A program made the position numbers and the translations under genes. This document shows, one piece after another, positions 14,261 through 29,178 of a DNA stretch of 64,000 nt (the stretch's first letter is position 1; each line of letters opens with the position of its first letter). The stretch lies in contig CM119266.1 in assembly GCA_051294375.1 (NCBI GenBank), positions 25,982,851 to 26,046,850 of the forward strand. The letters are read 5' to 3'. Source of the stretch: Paraspadella gotoi. Its lineage: Eukaryota; Animalia; Chaetognatha. Under the pieces are notes generated by a model, which was not told the DNA's origin, searched no databases, and saw only the letters and a list, made by a program, of their open reading frames with translations.

Positions 14261-14968
14261 AAAACTAATAAAATGGTGAAAGGACTTCGCGTGAAGAATG
14301 AGGAACAGAGTTAAAAGAAAAGGAAATCCGTGTCGAGTGCTGCGGAGGCAGCGACGGCAGGTCCAGGCGGCGTTTGCGGCGGCAGCGACGGGAGCGGGGG
14401 CTGTGACGTCTCGCGATTTATGGTGTCGTCGCCCTTCGCCGACGGGCGTGGTGCCGATTTCCGACTTTTCTTTTTTTCGCGTCAACTTTTTCTTCATTCC
14501 ATTCTTCAAAGAGGATTTTCTTTTTTTCTCGTCTCCTTTTTCCGTTTTCGTCGTATTCTACGGAGTCTCTGAGGCCCGCCGTATTTCATTTTCGTTTCTC
14601 CGTCGCTCTTGTCTCCATTATTCGCGTCATTCCCCCCCCCTCCAGCCCGCCTCTCGCCACTCACGAATTCTTTCATTCACTCATAAGCCACCGCTTACCT
14701 TGTCACCGCCGCTCGATTTTTAATTGATGTTATTTTTTTTTCTTTTTCTCTCTTCGCTAATCCATAACCGTCGCTCCATCTATCGAGCCTTTCTTTTTTT
14801 CTCGTTATTTCGACTTAAAAACAAAAGCTCATCGAGACAGCGTGAAAAATGGATGAGGGCGAACGCCGATAAAAACTTCGGACGGGAACAGAATGAAACC
14901 GATACGTGGAACTTCGCGCCATTTTGAAATTTATTGCGGAAAATAATGGGCTTTCGACTTTTATGAAA

Positions 14969-15034
<66 letters not shown>

Positions 15035-15159
15035 GAAGCGACGACTAGAATGAAACGCTCGACGATAATATGAAATTTTATGAAAGCGGGAAAAAAAAAC
15101 TCATTTGCGGGAGTAAGCGATGATTCCGGTCGGTCTGTCCGACTCTCTCTCTCTTCTCT

Positions 15160-15232
<73 letters not shown>

Positions 15233-15671
15233 CTTCTTTTGTGTTCTCCCGACTTTTCCGTCTCATTACTCGTTCGATGCCTTCGTCTCTTGTGTCTCGT
15301 TTCTTCTGTTTGTATTTCGCTTTCACCTCGAAGTTTAGGGTTAATTTTTTTAATTTTTTTAATTTTAAAATCGATTTTTATTTAATCCTTGTCCGACGAC
15401 ATTGCGTGCAGTCACTCGTGACCGAATTAATAAATCTGTGAAAACCTTTACTTATTTACTGTACATTAATTTGTCGTTTTTTAAATACGCTAATTATTTG
15501 TACAATACATGTAATTGCACAAAGCGCTCGCATCATCAGTAGGTAAAAATTGTGATCAAAGCGGACAATGGCGAAGGCTTCCCCTGATCTCCACTAAATG
15601 AAACTTCATCAAGGATCTCATTTGCATATTTCGGTCACGGACTCCACGTCTGCCCGGGAAGAGGAGCAAAT

Positions 15672-15837
15672 ATGTCCTCTAGACAAAATACTGGTAAGTT
15701 AAATTTTTTTAGAGGTAATCTAAACTTTTTTCATTTTTCAATATACCTTATACAATATACTTCTCAGCTATTGTATAAGGTATATACTTAGTAATTCGAA
15801 ATAAACATTTTTAGACTTATCTATTTTTAAAAGCGAA

Positions 15838-15922
<85 letters not shown>

Positions 15923-16112
15923 TTTGTTTTACAAATTTAAACTTCTTTTGCCCTAGAGTTTATCACTCGAGCTTTTCCGAGGTTTTAACAGTTTTTCATC
16001 ACAGAATCTCGCGTCTTGAGTTACATATCGATTTTTTAAGCTTTTTTTTAGTTTCCAACTTTCCATTATCCTCGAAAGCTGCTTTGGAGAAGTGAGAGAG
16101 AGAGAGACGAGA

Positions 16113-16151
<39 letters not shown>

Positions 16152-17170
16152 GAAATGTGAATCGTGAAATCCTTAATAAATGGAGGAAGAGAAGATAAGA
16201 AGAGTAAAAATGCAAAGTTAAAATGCAAGGTTAAAATATTTTCTACAAAAAATAAGATAAGATAGGGCTGTCAGCTCATTTTTACTAAGAAACTAAGAAA
16301 TTATTTAGGTTTTAATTATGGTAATAAGTAAAAACGTTATTACTTTATTCTTCTAACCACCATTAGATTACATCTTTTATTTCATTGAGCTCGATGTTAT
16401 TATAGTATTACTACTCGTATAACTCCTAGTAATCGAGGTTCTAAATTAATATGAAAAGAATTTTGTTTTGTTTTTTTGTATGCACTTGTTTCCGCTGTTG
16501 ACTAGAGATGTCGCAATCAAATCGAAGATATTTCTAAGAGCTTGTGTGAAAAAAAAAACAAAATAGCACAAGTTCTAGAGATACAAAAATTAGAATTTAA
16601 AAAAAATTATGACAAACTACTTTATATCTAATTTTTTAAATATTTTCTACATCTTTGTTAGCTAATTCTCATCTTAATGTCTTTTTTATTCGGGTAATAG
16701 GCTTTTATTTACACGAAACGGTCTTTGTTTTCAATAACATTTAGTATTTATTCGAAGTATTTATACTAATAAATATATAGTTTTAGTTTATAGTTTAAAT
16801 TGAAAACTTTCAAGGTTCGTCTCCGCATCTTCGGCCCGAAGACGACGCCCGTAATCGTCGTCGATCGGCGCCGCCATTTTCTTCGTCGTCGTCTCTGGCG
16901 TCACCGACGTCTCCGCCCACCCCGCGAATACTCGTGACGTCGGAAGCGGCGTCGTCGCAGGATATAACGTCGCAAAACTTGACGTCGCGTGGACTGGCCT
17001 CACCGGAAATAACGCCTCGAGATTCGACGTCGCGAGAAATAACGTCACGAGACTTGACGTCACGTGGGCTGGCGTCATCGGAGATTACGTCGCGAGGATG
17101 GAGGTCGAGAGAATCGACCCCGGCCGGGTCGAGCGGTGTGTTCTGCCGTGATTTCGACGAGACCGGCCAG
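15672..17170 (+). CDS. Candidate 5' part of an unknown gene: exons 15672-15693 and 16815-17170, with pentapeptide repeats
   Basis: ATG TCC TCT AGA CAA AAT ACT G|gtaagt joins in phase to caag|GT at 16815; 356-nt GC-rich open frame ending CAG|gttagt. No recognisable domain, and downstream exons were not identified. Confidence 0.5.
15840..15921. repeat. (ATT)n microsatellite; representative of many (GA/CT)n, (GTC)n and (TAA)n tracts across the window
   Basis: Pure triplet run. Long (CT/GA)n runs also occur at ~550-637, 4425-4515, 14150-14257, 28631-28708, 44793-44893 and 62825-62936. Confidence 0.95.
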
Positions 17171-17217
17171 GTTAGTGAGCGCAAGAGAGAAAAGAGAGAG
17201 CAGGAGAGAGAGAAGAG

Positions 17218-17258
<41 letters not shown>

Positions 17259-18393
17259 ACGAGTGAAGAGAGAGAGATGAGATGAGAGTAGAGAGAGAGA
17301 CAGAGAGTGATGAAGAGAGAGAAGACCGCGACAATTCAAGAAACAAAAATTTTAAAAGAAAAAGAAAGAAGGAAATTAAGGCGGAAAAACTGAAAGACTT
17401 TTTTTGATTAATGAGGGAAAAAAAGAGTTTCCTTTATCTCACTAATGAAGATATTCGCCGTAAAAAAAAAGGAAGTTCACTTTATAATTAAAAAACATTC
17501 ATCCTCCACCTCGACCGACAGATTTTCTTTCACATCAAAACATGAAGAAAAAAAATTCTTATTCAAATTTCGTTGGTATTATAATATTTTAATACCTCCT
17601 ATTAGCGTGGTCTACATTAGAATTTACAGTATAGTAAATATAGTAAATTCACTTTCAAGAAACTACAGGCAACCGTCATATCTGACGCACTAAATTTATC
17701 GTTGGATTAAAAACTGTTCCGCCCTTCTGACAGTTCGACGAGGTTCATGTCATTTTAAAGGTAAAACTCTAAGAACTCTGATTCCGATGACCACATTTTG
17801 TTCGATTGCAGTGACGATGACCGGACTAATAACCGGAAGACGGACGACGACGACGACGACATCGATGACAAATGACATCATGAAGCGACAATCGATCAGA
17901 GTCGACGTTCGCTCGTGGGGCAATCGACTTTGACGAAGGTAAATGAATGTCCGAAGGCGACGAGCGACGCCGGGCCGGGCGTTAGTCATTTAACGCGGTG
18001 TGAAGACGGAAGAGGAAGATAATAATGATAGTTATGACCGGGAAAATCTCGATTTTAACAACCTCTCATTCTTTCATCGCACTTTCTCAACGGGTCTAGA
18101 ACTTGCATCATTTCTTAAACTTGCATCATTTTTTTAAAAAATGGGCATCATTTTTCAAAAGCTGGATAATTTTTTCAACCTTGCAATCATCTTTAATTAA
18201 AAAAATTATGCGTAACCATAAATATTAAAAAAATTCAAGTCTCATTGCTTGTTTATTTCCATGCAAACTCTAGATCCATCGAAACTTTATATTGTGGCGG
18301 TATATTCACAGATCCGCCTCACGTCCACCATTCGTCAGCGTCAGGGGGACAATCCATTGGCTCAGAGAGGGGAACACACACAGTCCTAACGAC

Positions 18394-18535
18394 TTCCCTC
18401 TGCGTTGGCAAAGCGAGAGCAGTCCTAGGGTAACCGCGCCAGTGACTGGATGCGTCACTGAGGGTCGGAAAGCCCCCAAAGCCACGAGTGAGATGCCCCA
18501 TCCCAATGGGCATCACAGGCAACGACGGCTGTTGC
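18394..18535. repeat. Structured dispersed element R2, copy A (opposite orientation to copy C)
   Basis: GGGCATCACAGGCAAC...GTTGC terminus; hairpin CAGTGAC/GTCACTG. Confidence 0.65.
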
Positions 18536-21500
18536 TAATATCCAGCTTCGTCACACACTTTCTAACACACACAACATTTTAATTCCAATCCATCCATCCA
18601 ATTACGATTAATTGGAGTTTTTGCTAATTGGGACGACGGAACAGACGGACATCATTTTTTTTTTTTTTTTTTTTTTTTGCAAAAATTTATCATAATTCGA
18701 TGTTTCTGACATGATTTAAGGAATGACCCGAACAGAGATTTGAAGGTGCGGACCGAACGGGCCGACAAAGTGGATTATAGAGTGGGGATCCGCTGATAAG
18801 CAGATCCGACGAGTTGTACAGCGCACTTCGCTCATAACTGTCTCTCCGCCCATTCCCCCGTTTAAAAAATTTCGACGTTTTTAAAAAAGACCGAGCACAA
18901 ATCGTCAAAAAGCGGACACCTATCGGGAGACGAGCGGAGATCGATATTTCTTTTGTTCGTTCTTAATCTGTTTGTCTGTCTTTTGTTTGCCAATTCGCTG
19001 CCTACGCTCGTCAGCACCGTCCGTCTCTCTTCAAACTTTCGATGGGTTTATATCACCTTTTACGAGCTTCATAGGATTTTTTTGCCACAATAAATATAAA
19101 AAAAACGAGAAAAATCATATCGAAAAACGAAGCTGTTCAGAGCACGCGGCGTGATAATTTTAGTGATGTGATAGACACTAATAAACCCATCGAGTATTTT
19201 AAGCTGGCGCGGGAGGCGCTCCGATGACGACCGAGGCGCTCGCTCGGAGATTTTCGTTCAAAGAACCTTTATTTGGAAAGGAGAAAAAAAAATATTTCCT
19301 TTTTTGGGCCCCGAGTCAATTTCTCCTCGAAGAACAAACACGAGGAATGAGTATTCACTTTCAACGTTCCGTCCTTTTTTTATTTTTCTTCTTTTATGAG
19401 AGAAAAAGAGTTGGGACTAGCACTTGAAACCTATCGTTACTTTGTAGTATAGCGAGGATGTCGCTACGAGCTTTCGTAAATATCCCGAGAGTCAGCAGCA
19501 TTTTTATTTACATATATTTATACTTCTATAACGAAGCAAATCTTGAGAACAAAAGAAATTAGTTTTTTATGGGTAATGATAACTGAGAAGAATTGGAGAT
19601 TCTATAGACCTTTCCCCAGTATGTATCCTTATCAGAACATACAATTCTACATGGTAGTCTTATCCCTATTGGTAAAAAAATCATATATAGCTTTGGTCCC
19701 TTATAACCTTGTAATATATAGATGCTCCCTCTATTTCCAGAAGATAACACTAACAACCCTCTCCCATTAATAATATAATATTTTCAGATTTAGATTTTAA
19801 AAAACCAAAATTAATAAAAAAAATAATAATAATAAAATTAAGAAAAATATAGAATTTGTAATAAATAATTTTATAGAATGTTATAAAATCTAAGACTTAA
19901 AATAGTGAAACAAGTAATTTTGCAATTTTGCTATTTTCCCCGTTTACCAAAATAATCACTTTTTAGCTGGGCTAATCGGAGTGGCGGAAACGTGAGTCTT
20001 TAGCACCTTTAAAATTATTAATGTTTCGATCCCCCAACTGGCGACAGACAACGGACTTGATTAATTTTCATCATTTTTTCCCCTAATTTTTCGTCTTCCT
20101 TTTTGCATAGATCATTTTTAATTATTTGCTCCCCTTAAGGTCATTAATCCCGCGAACCCTTTTTTCCCTCCAGTTTTCTCTTTCTGTTATTTGTCGACTG
20201 GGTTTTCTCGGTTGTTGGGTCTTTGGCCTTTCGGGTCATTGGATCGAAAGGATGACTGGTTTCGGGTTATTTTGGTTCTCGCGTCTTCAGCTTTACGGTT
20301 ATTTGGGTCTTTCGCTCATCGACTCGGCGGTATTCCGATGACATGAGTTTTGTTCTTTTGGTTGTTATTGTTGTTCTCTGCATTCGCCCGCACAAAGGAA
20401 TTTGCTCCTTTTCCTCATTTCTCTCTCTCTTTTTTTTTCAATCCGCCATTTTGTTTTAGTTTTTTGGCCTTGGGGAGTCGGAAGAAAGGAGGAACCGAAG
20501 CGCCTCTGATGAGGAGAATGGAAATTACGAATTAGCTGACCGAGAAGATCTGACCAGTGGCCACTCTTCAACATCAACAACAAATGACCATCTCCGCCTT
20601 TCCACTCCTTCCACCCCTACCCTTCTTGCCTCTCAACCGAGCCACTCTCTTTTAAACATTCTTTCTCCCCTCAAAATTCAAGAAGGAAAATTAAGGAATT
20701 AAAAAGCGAATAAAAAATTCGAATGTGAAATGAGTTTTCAATTTGTTTACTTCGGTTTTCCGGTTGCTTTAACGTTAATTACTTTCTCTCCTTCTCCCTC
20801 TTTCTCGACGGGAAAATTTCCTCCTTATGTTGAATCACCAAGTCCGAAATGGAATGGAAGCCCCAGACGACCGAGGCTGTCAGGGTTTTTTTTTCGGTCC
20901 GAGACGGGATNNNNNNNNNNNNNNNNNNNNNNNNNTTAGGTTTGGTCGAGTCCTGGTAGGGTGTTGAGTCGTTTTGACATCAATTACTTTAGTTGAAAAA
21001 ATTTTCCGAGCTCCAATTTTACATTTACATGAAAGCTAAAATTTTAGTTGCTTTAATAATATTTAAAAGAAACGACATTTTCACGGTTAAAGGAAATATT
21101 AAAATCATTTATTCATCGCATCTTTCCCATTCGCTGCTTTTTCTTCTTCTTTGTGGATTCTTCCTCCAAATATTTATTTCCTCTTTTTTTCTAGTTGCTC
21201 GGTTAGTCCCTGTAGTCTTCCTCCCTTTACTCTTCACTGTTTTTTTTTTTACGCTTTTTTACTTTTTTATCCCTATTTTCTTTTTCTTTCATTTTTAAAT
21301 CTATTTTTCCCTTTTTCCTTTTATTTTTTATCTATTTATTACCCTTTCCTTTCCATTTTTTTACTTTTTATTTCGCTACGTATTTTTTTTTCTCTTTCCT
21401 CTTCGGGCGATATTTTTCGCTTGTCATGTTTCTTTCTTCTTCGTGATCCAATTTTTTTTCGCCTTTTATTAATTTTGATCATTTTCCATTTTTCTTTTTT

Positions 21501-24385
21501 TTTCTTTTGACACTTTTCATCTCAGATACAGAAATTGGGTTTGACCTTGGCGCTCTCAAAAGCCCGCGTCCAACCCGACATCCACTTTACTCACCCGCAC
21601 CCAATCCTCCGCCCCAACTCACCCTCATTTCCCCACCGACTGACCTCCACGCATTCCCGCCTCCAGTCTTTGCGCCAAAATCGAGGGACTCCGCAGCGGC
21701 GACGACGCAGCGCGGGACGACGAGGCAGCGCAGGGGGCCGCGTGAAGCGTCCGCGCCGGCGCCGAACTTTCTTTGCGCCCGGTGACGGCCGCTCTCTGAT
21801 TCGCAGAGGAAAAAAAGAAGATGAAAGAAAATTCCTTGCCAATATTCAAATCTCAAAAATCTAATATTGAATAAATTGTTGTAAAAGTCAGAAAACTCTC
21901 TCTCTCTCTCTCTCTACTCTCTCTCTCTCTTCTTCTCTCTCCTCTCTCTCTCTCTCTCACTCTCTCTCTCTCATCTCTCTCTCCCTCTCTCTCTCTCTAC
22001 CTTCTTCCAAAAAGGATTTGGCGAAATTCGACCCGACAATTACATTGCTCGATCCCATCAGGGAATAAACAAAAGCCGTGAAGAGATTGGCCATAAATTT
22101 TGTCGTCGTTTTCGTCGGGAGCGTCGTCGCCTACATCGTCGTATCCATCGTCGATGTCATTGGAGAAATCTTTCATCGTTATCGTTATAGTCTTCTCAAG
22201 TATCGTCGTCAAAGTGGACGACTTTGTTCATGTAAGACATCCTTGCTGAATCTTTGGCTTCGTCGTCCTGGGGTAATCGTCTTCTTCGTCCGTCCTTATC
22301 GTCGTCGTCTCCGTAATGCAAAGACTTCTTTGCCGAAGCCCTCTTTCGTCGTCGTCGTCGTCGTTCGTCGTCGTCAATCACCAGCCAGTATTCGTGCTCG
22401 TCGTCGTCGGCCATTTTAAGTCGAGAAAAAAACCTTGGATGGAATCAAAGATCTCGCGATGGACGCGCAGCTGGGGAATTTTTTTTTAAGGGGGGCGGGG
22501 GTGGAGGGGATGGTGGGTAAGTTTGGTGTGTTGGAGCTAGTGGAAAAGAGGGAAAGATGATTGGAAGCGTCTTCGAGGGGTAAAGTGTCACAGGATGTGA
22601 CGTGATGTGTAATTTAGGGGTAAAAGGAGATCAGAAGGAATCAAGAAGTGAAAAAAAAATTAAGGGTGAGATTAAATAGGACTGGTGCCGAAGCAGATTT
22701 GGCATCCACAAGTCCGCTGAGTTCCGTGAGAGTTGTGAAGGCGAGGCTCCGCCTCACGCCGACTTTTTTCCATTTTCTCGTATTACGAGGAAAATGGGAG
22801 ATTTGTTCCCGCGAGCAGACGACGAGTCCCGCACGGAACATTACAACGCAGTCTCTCGAAACAAAAAACAAAAAAAAACAAAAAAAGACAAAAACAAACA
22901 AAAAAAAAAGAAAAAGGGAAAGACATCGCAAACTGAATACCAAATCGAAAATGGAAGATATTTAGGAATTATAGGATTATAGATAACATTTGTTTTAAAT
23001 AGTATTTCGCGGCGCTGTCGTTTAATTATAGATATCCTGAAATCGAATAGGCAAATTTAGTTTACACAAGGGCTCACACCCACACACGATACAAACACAC
23101 AGCCCTAACAAAAAAGGCGTACAGAAGAGGGAGGAAATATATGGGGTTTCGACCGGAGATTGACGCCTCGAAAGACGCGCGGTAATGAGAATTTCTGGTC
23201 AGTCGTCGTCGTCTCAAGGTCGCCTGAGGTGATGCATCAACTTTTTCACAGTGACGAGGAACCACAATTCACTCGCATTGACGCACTTTGGTCGAACTGG
23301 CAACCTGGGTCGTGTCTCTCGGCTTTCACGAAGGTTACGTAAGAGTATCCTGTGGTTTTCGAAGGTAATAATATCTTATGAAATTGGTACAACCAATATA
23401 AAAATTATCATTCATTTAATAAATAAGCTATCTTGCCCCTCGACTTGGACAGGCTGTTCGGTGTTTAAGGCCTCCATCACTCTTACAGAGATAATGACAA
23501 TAGGCATGGTCCCGCAAGCTTTCAATCAAGACTCTTTCACAGTCTCGTTTTTCACGTTCGCCAGAGTACCTGGCTTCGCGTATCAGATGAAGTGGAAAAT
23601 ATTTCAAAGAATGTTTCAATTGCTATGGAAAAAGAAACCGACTCCCTTAAAGTATTAGAAAATCGGGGAATACTTATGTGTTACTACCTCGGCGACTAGC
23701 ATCTAAAATACAAAGAGCTGAATTTTATGAAATTGGTAGCAACCAATATAAAAACTTATCCAGTTCATTTAATAAATAAGCTATCTTGCCCCCTGACCTT
23801 TGGAGCAGGCTTTGGTGGTTTAAGGCGCTCCATCACTGCGATATATTACATTTTGGCAACGAAGTCGGGTTGCCTGTGATACCCAGCTGGGTGGGGCATA
23901 AAACCTGTTTGCGTAAGGGCTTCAGACGCCATCAAGTGTGGCTGCCTGCACTGTGACGCTGTTTCACTAGTACCTTCTAGCGTTGCCAACGCAGGCGGAA
24001 AAATTATTTTCCCGGATGAGATTGTTTTATATCTTATTAGTTTGACATATGTTATGATGTATCTGTGAAGATCTTGCGTGTAGTCCTTTTCGAAAGTATA
24101 CATACGTAAACCGACAGAAACCTCCGAAGGACGGTTACAAGAACTTGAAGTAACAGAGCAAACAAAGCGAGCAGAACAAGGACTGGAGAGTAAAACCGAT
24201 TAAACATATAAACAGAAGCGACTCACAGCGCGATCTAATGAGATGCATACTCAAGTTTGTACGTCCTTCGGTAGGTTTCTTCGGTTTACGTATGTATATT
24301 TCGAAAAGGATAACAGAAGATTTAAGATACATATAACATATGTCAAATATAAGATATAAAACAATCCATCCGGGAAAATAATTTT

Positions 24386-24523
24386 CCGCTGCGTTGGCAA
24401 CGCTAGAAGGTACTAGTGAAACAGCGTCAGTGGCAGGCAGCACCACTGATGGTCTGAAGCCCCTTACGCAAACAGGTTTTATGCCCCACCCAGCTGGGTA
24501 TCACAGGCAACCCGACTGTTGCC
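24386..24523. repeat. Structured dispersed element R2, copy B (mirrored at ~23853-24000)
   Basis: GGGTATCACAGGCAACCCGACTGTTGCC terminus; hairpin CAGTGG/CCACTG. Confidence 0.7.
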
Positions 24524-24537
24524 AAAATGTAATATAG

Positions 24538-24971
24538 AGTGATGGAGGCCTTAAACCACCAAAGCCTGTCCAAAGGTCAGGGGCAAGATAGCTTATTTAT
24601 TAAATGAATGGATAATTTTTTATATTGGTTGTACCAATTTCATAAAATTCAGCTCTCTTGTATTTTGATGCTAGTGCGGGAGTACAATAAGTATTCCCCG
24701 ATCTAATACTTAAGGGAGTGGTCTTTTCATACAATTGAAACATTCTTTGAAATATTTTCCACTTCATTGATAGCGAAGCCAGGTACTCTGGGAGTGAATA
24801 AACGAGACTGTGTGAAAGAGTCTTGATTGAAAGCTTGCAGGGACCTGCTATGTCATTATCTTGTAAGAGTGATGGAGGCCTTAAACCACCAAAGCCTGTC
24901 CAAAGTCAGGGGCAAGATAGCTTATTTATTAAATGAATGGATAATTTTTATATTGGTTGTACCAATTTCAT
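24538..24971 (+). mobile_element. Two tandem R1 copies (24538-24643 short, 24741-24971 long); mirrored at 23378-23836
   Basis: Same core and common end ...TTGTACCAATTTCAT. Confidence 0.85.
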
Positions 24972-25894
24972 AAGATATTATTACCTTCGAAAACCACAGG
25001 ATACTCTTACGTAACGCTTCGTGAAAGCCGAGAGACACGACCCAGGTTGCCAGTTCGACCAAGTGCGTCAATGCGAGTGAATTGTGGTTCCTCGTCACTG
25101 TGAAAAAGTGATGCATCACCTCAGCGACCTTGAGACCGACGACGACTGACCAGAAATTCTCATTACCGCGCGTCTTTCGAGGCGTCAATCTCCGGTCGAA
25201 ACCCCATATATTTCTCTCCCTCTTCTGTACGCCTTTTTTGTTAGGGCTGTGTGTTTGTATGCGTGTGTGGGTGTGAGCCCTTGTGTAAAACTAAATTTGC
25301 ATTCGATTTCAGGATATCTATAATTAAACGACAGCGCGCGAAATACTATTTAAAACAAATGTTATCTATAATCTATAATTCCTAAATATCTTCCATTTTC
25401 GATTTGGTATTCAGTTTGCGATGTTCTTTCCCTTTTTTTTTTTTTTTGTTTTTTGTTTCGAGAGACTGGTTGTAATGTTCCGTGCGGGACTCGTCGTCTG
25501 CTCGCGGGAACAAATCTCCCATTTTTCCTCGTAATACGAGAAAATGGAAAAAGTCGGGCGTGAGGCGAGAGCCTCGCCTTCACAACTCTCACGGAACTCA
25601 GCGACTGTGGATGCCAAATCTGCTTCGGCACGAGTCCTAGTTAATCTCACCCTTAATTTTTTTTTCACTTCTGATTCCTTCTGATCTCCTTTTACCCCTA
25701 AATTACACATCACGTCACATCCTGTGACACTTTACCCCTCGAAGACGCTTCCAATCATCTTTCCCCTTTCCACTAGCCTCCACCACACCAACTTACCACC
25801 ATCCCCTCCACCCCCGCCCCCCTAAAAAAAAATTCCCCAGCTGCGCGTCCATCGCGAGATCTTGATTCCATCCAAGGTTTTTTCTCGACTTAAA

Positions 25895-26426
<532 letters not shown>

Positions 26427-27752
26427 TCTGACTTTTACAACAATTTATTCAATATTAGATTTTGAGATTTGAAATATTGGCAAGAATTTCTTTTTTATTT
26501 TCATCTTCTTTTTTTTCCTCTGCGAATCAGAGAGGCGGCGTCACGGGGCGCAAAGAAAGTTCGGCGCCGGCGGACGCTTCACGCGGCGCCGCCGCTGCCT
26601 CGTCGTCCCCGCGCTGCGTCGTCGCCGCTGCGGAGTCCCTCGATTTGGCGCAAAGACTGGAGGCGGGAATGCGTGGAGGTCAGTCGGTGGGGAAATGAGG
26701 GTGAGTTGGGGCGGAGGATTGGGTGCGGGTGAGTAAAGTGGATGTCGGGTTGGACGCGGCTTTGAGAGCGCCAAGGTCAAACCCAATTTCTGTATCTGAG
26801 ATGAAAAGTGTCAAAAGAAAAAAAAAGAAAAATGGAAATGATCAAAATTAATAAAAGGAAAAAAAATTGGATCACGAAGAGAGAAAGAAACATGACAAGC
26901 GAAAAAATATCGCTGCCGAAGAGGAAAGAGAGAAAAAAAAATAGTGGGGGAGCGAAACGAATGGAAAAGGGGTAAAAAAATGGAAAGGAAAAGGGAATAA
27001 TAGATTAAAAAATAAAAAGGAAAAGGGAAAAATAGATTAAAAATGAAAAGAAAAAGGGAAAAATAGATTAAAAAATGGAAAGAAAAAGGGAAAAATAGGT
27101 TAAAAAATGGAAACAGTGAGTAAAAGGGAGGAAGGAATGATCTAGGGACGACGACTCGATGGCGACTTAGAAAGAAAAAGAGGAAATAAATATTTGGAGG
27201 AAGAATCCACGAAATAATGGAAGAAAAAAGCAGCGAATTGGGAAGAGCGATGGTAAATATAGGATTTTTATTATTTCTTAACGTTGAAAATGTCGTTTGT
27301 TCGTTTTAAATATTTTAAAGCAACTAAAATTTAGCTTCATGTAAATGTAAAAATTTTGAGCTCGGGTAAGTAATTTTTTCAACTAAAAGTAATTTGATTC
27401 AAACGGACTCAACACGCTTACAAGGACTCGACGATAACAAAGCAACATCCAACGATAAGAGATAAAAATGGAGAGCTGAGTGGGCGGGTGGGCGGGCGGG
27501 CGGACAAGAACGGAAGTGAATCGACTCGGTCGCCCGAGCGGAGAATCCTGCGAGTCATGAGGGAACGCAGGAGAGAGGGGGGGGGACGGGAGAGAGACAA
27601 TTACGCTGATCGGTGGCAAAAGATGGAGATTGCTTGACGCTAATGATTGCCGGTATCAAGTTTAGGAAACGATGAAGAGTGGCACTAATGATGGAAGGCT
27701 TTAAATGAAGATTCGGTGACAGTTGTGAAAAGAATGCTATATAATAATTAAT

Positions 27753-27803
<51 letters not shown>

Positions 27804-28627
27804 TAATATTAATAATTAATAATAATAATTAATAATTAGTGGCATTGAATGATGAACAATGAACACTGAACTGTAACAGTTACGAAAATGTTATATACTC
27901 AACCGTGGATAAAGACGAATGTATTGGAGACAGATTTCAACACATTCTCACCACCCGCTGTTAGATGTATCTCACTTTCACAGAAAACGAGAAAACTCGA
28001 TTCCGATTTAGCGCAGTGTGATGCAAACAGCGACCGAATGAGGGCACCGGGATCCAGCCACCAAAACCCATATCTATTCTGACTAATTTTAAAACTTGGA
28101 TAAGATTTTTTAAATGTTTATCATTATGTATGTATATTATATAATATTGTATATGTACTTTTTTCTTTCATATGACAGTCGAGATATTTAACAACCAAAA
28201 GTTGTTTTGCCGGAATTTGTTTCCGAGGTCAAAGAAGAAAGTTTTTCCCAACTTTAGAGTCGTAACCACTTTTTAAGCGTTCATGAGATCAAGGAAGCCC
28301 AAAAGAAGGTCAAAGGAGGCCAAAAGGTGGCCAATAGGAAGTCCACGGGCTCAAAATAGGAGTGAAATCGATAAACAAGAGAGCGTAGGAGGATTTCGAG
28401 CAACGGAGTCAGGAGCAAAAAGTGGGGTGCAAAGAGAGGAGCGATTGAGAACATTTGGGTCAAGTAGAGAGACGAAGACATTGAAAGGAAAGAGACGGGA
28501 TGAAATGGTGAGAAGAGTTGAAAGAAGAGATGTTTGAGAATGAAAGAGAATGAAGAGAATGAAGAATGAAGTATGAAGAGAATGAAAGAGAATTAAGAGA
28601 TGTTTGAGAATGAAAACTGGAAAAGAA

Positions 28628-28713
<86 letters not shown>

Positions 28714-29073
28714 TGGAAGAAAGAAAGTTTAAAGGTGAAAGAGAGAGAGAGAGAGAGGGAAATGAAAGAAAGTATGGGAAAACATGGGAGAGAGTTGAGG
28801 AAAAATTGGAGAAAATAAGTTCAAAAAAGGGAGAAAGAATGAGGAAAAGACAGAGAAGAAGACGAAACCCGAACCCGACTTTTCGATTTTGATCCAAACT
28901 GACGAACTCGAACGCGACTTTTTACGACGTGAGGATTACTCTGGTAGTGAGTGCACCTGGGAGTATAGGGGAAGAGGAAGTGACTGCACCCAAGGAAGAC
29001 GTGATCGCATGTCGGGTAGACGCGAACTCATCCAATGAAAATTTATTGCGTCCATAAGAAAATTTGAGTCCAG

Positions 29074-29178
29074 ATAATGCAATCAGATGACAAAGATTCC
29101 ACGGCGGAGAACGATGATTTTTTCCAAATGGCATGTGAAGCGATCTTGAAGCGAATCTCTTTGGCATCGAAACCTAAA
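29074..29178 (+). CDS. Possible short exon (MQSDDKDSTAENDDFFQMACEAILKRISLASKPK)
   Basis: cag acceptor, open frame and gtaaga donor; not linked in phase to any neighbouring exon I could find. Confidence 0.22.

Noticed and set aside
14298-14510. GC-rich island with open frames on both strands
   Set aside because: No donor/acceptor pair or recognisable motif; may be promoter/UTR sequence.
19966-20044. tRNA-like stretch ending GTTTCGATCCCCC
   Set aside because: Only a partial B-box; no cloverleaf.
21526-23340. Possible + strand exons (Pro-rich at 21526, short exon ~23251-23338) continuing the 15672 gene
   Set aside because: The sequence is error-rich, frames are ambiguous, and it is separated from 15672-17170 by an unreliable gap join.
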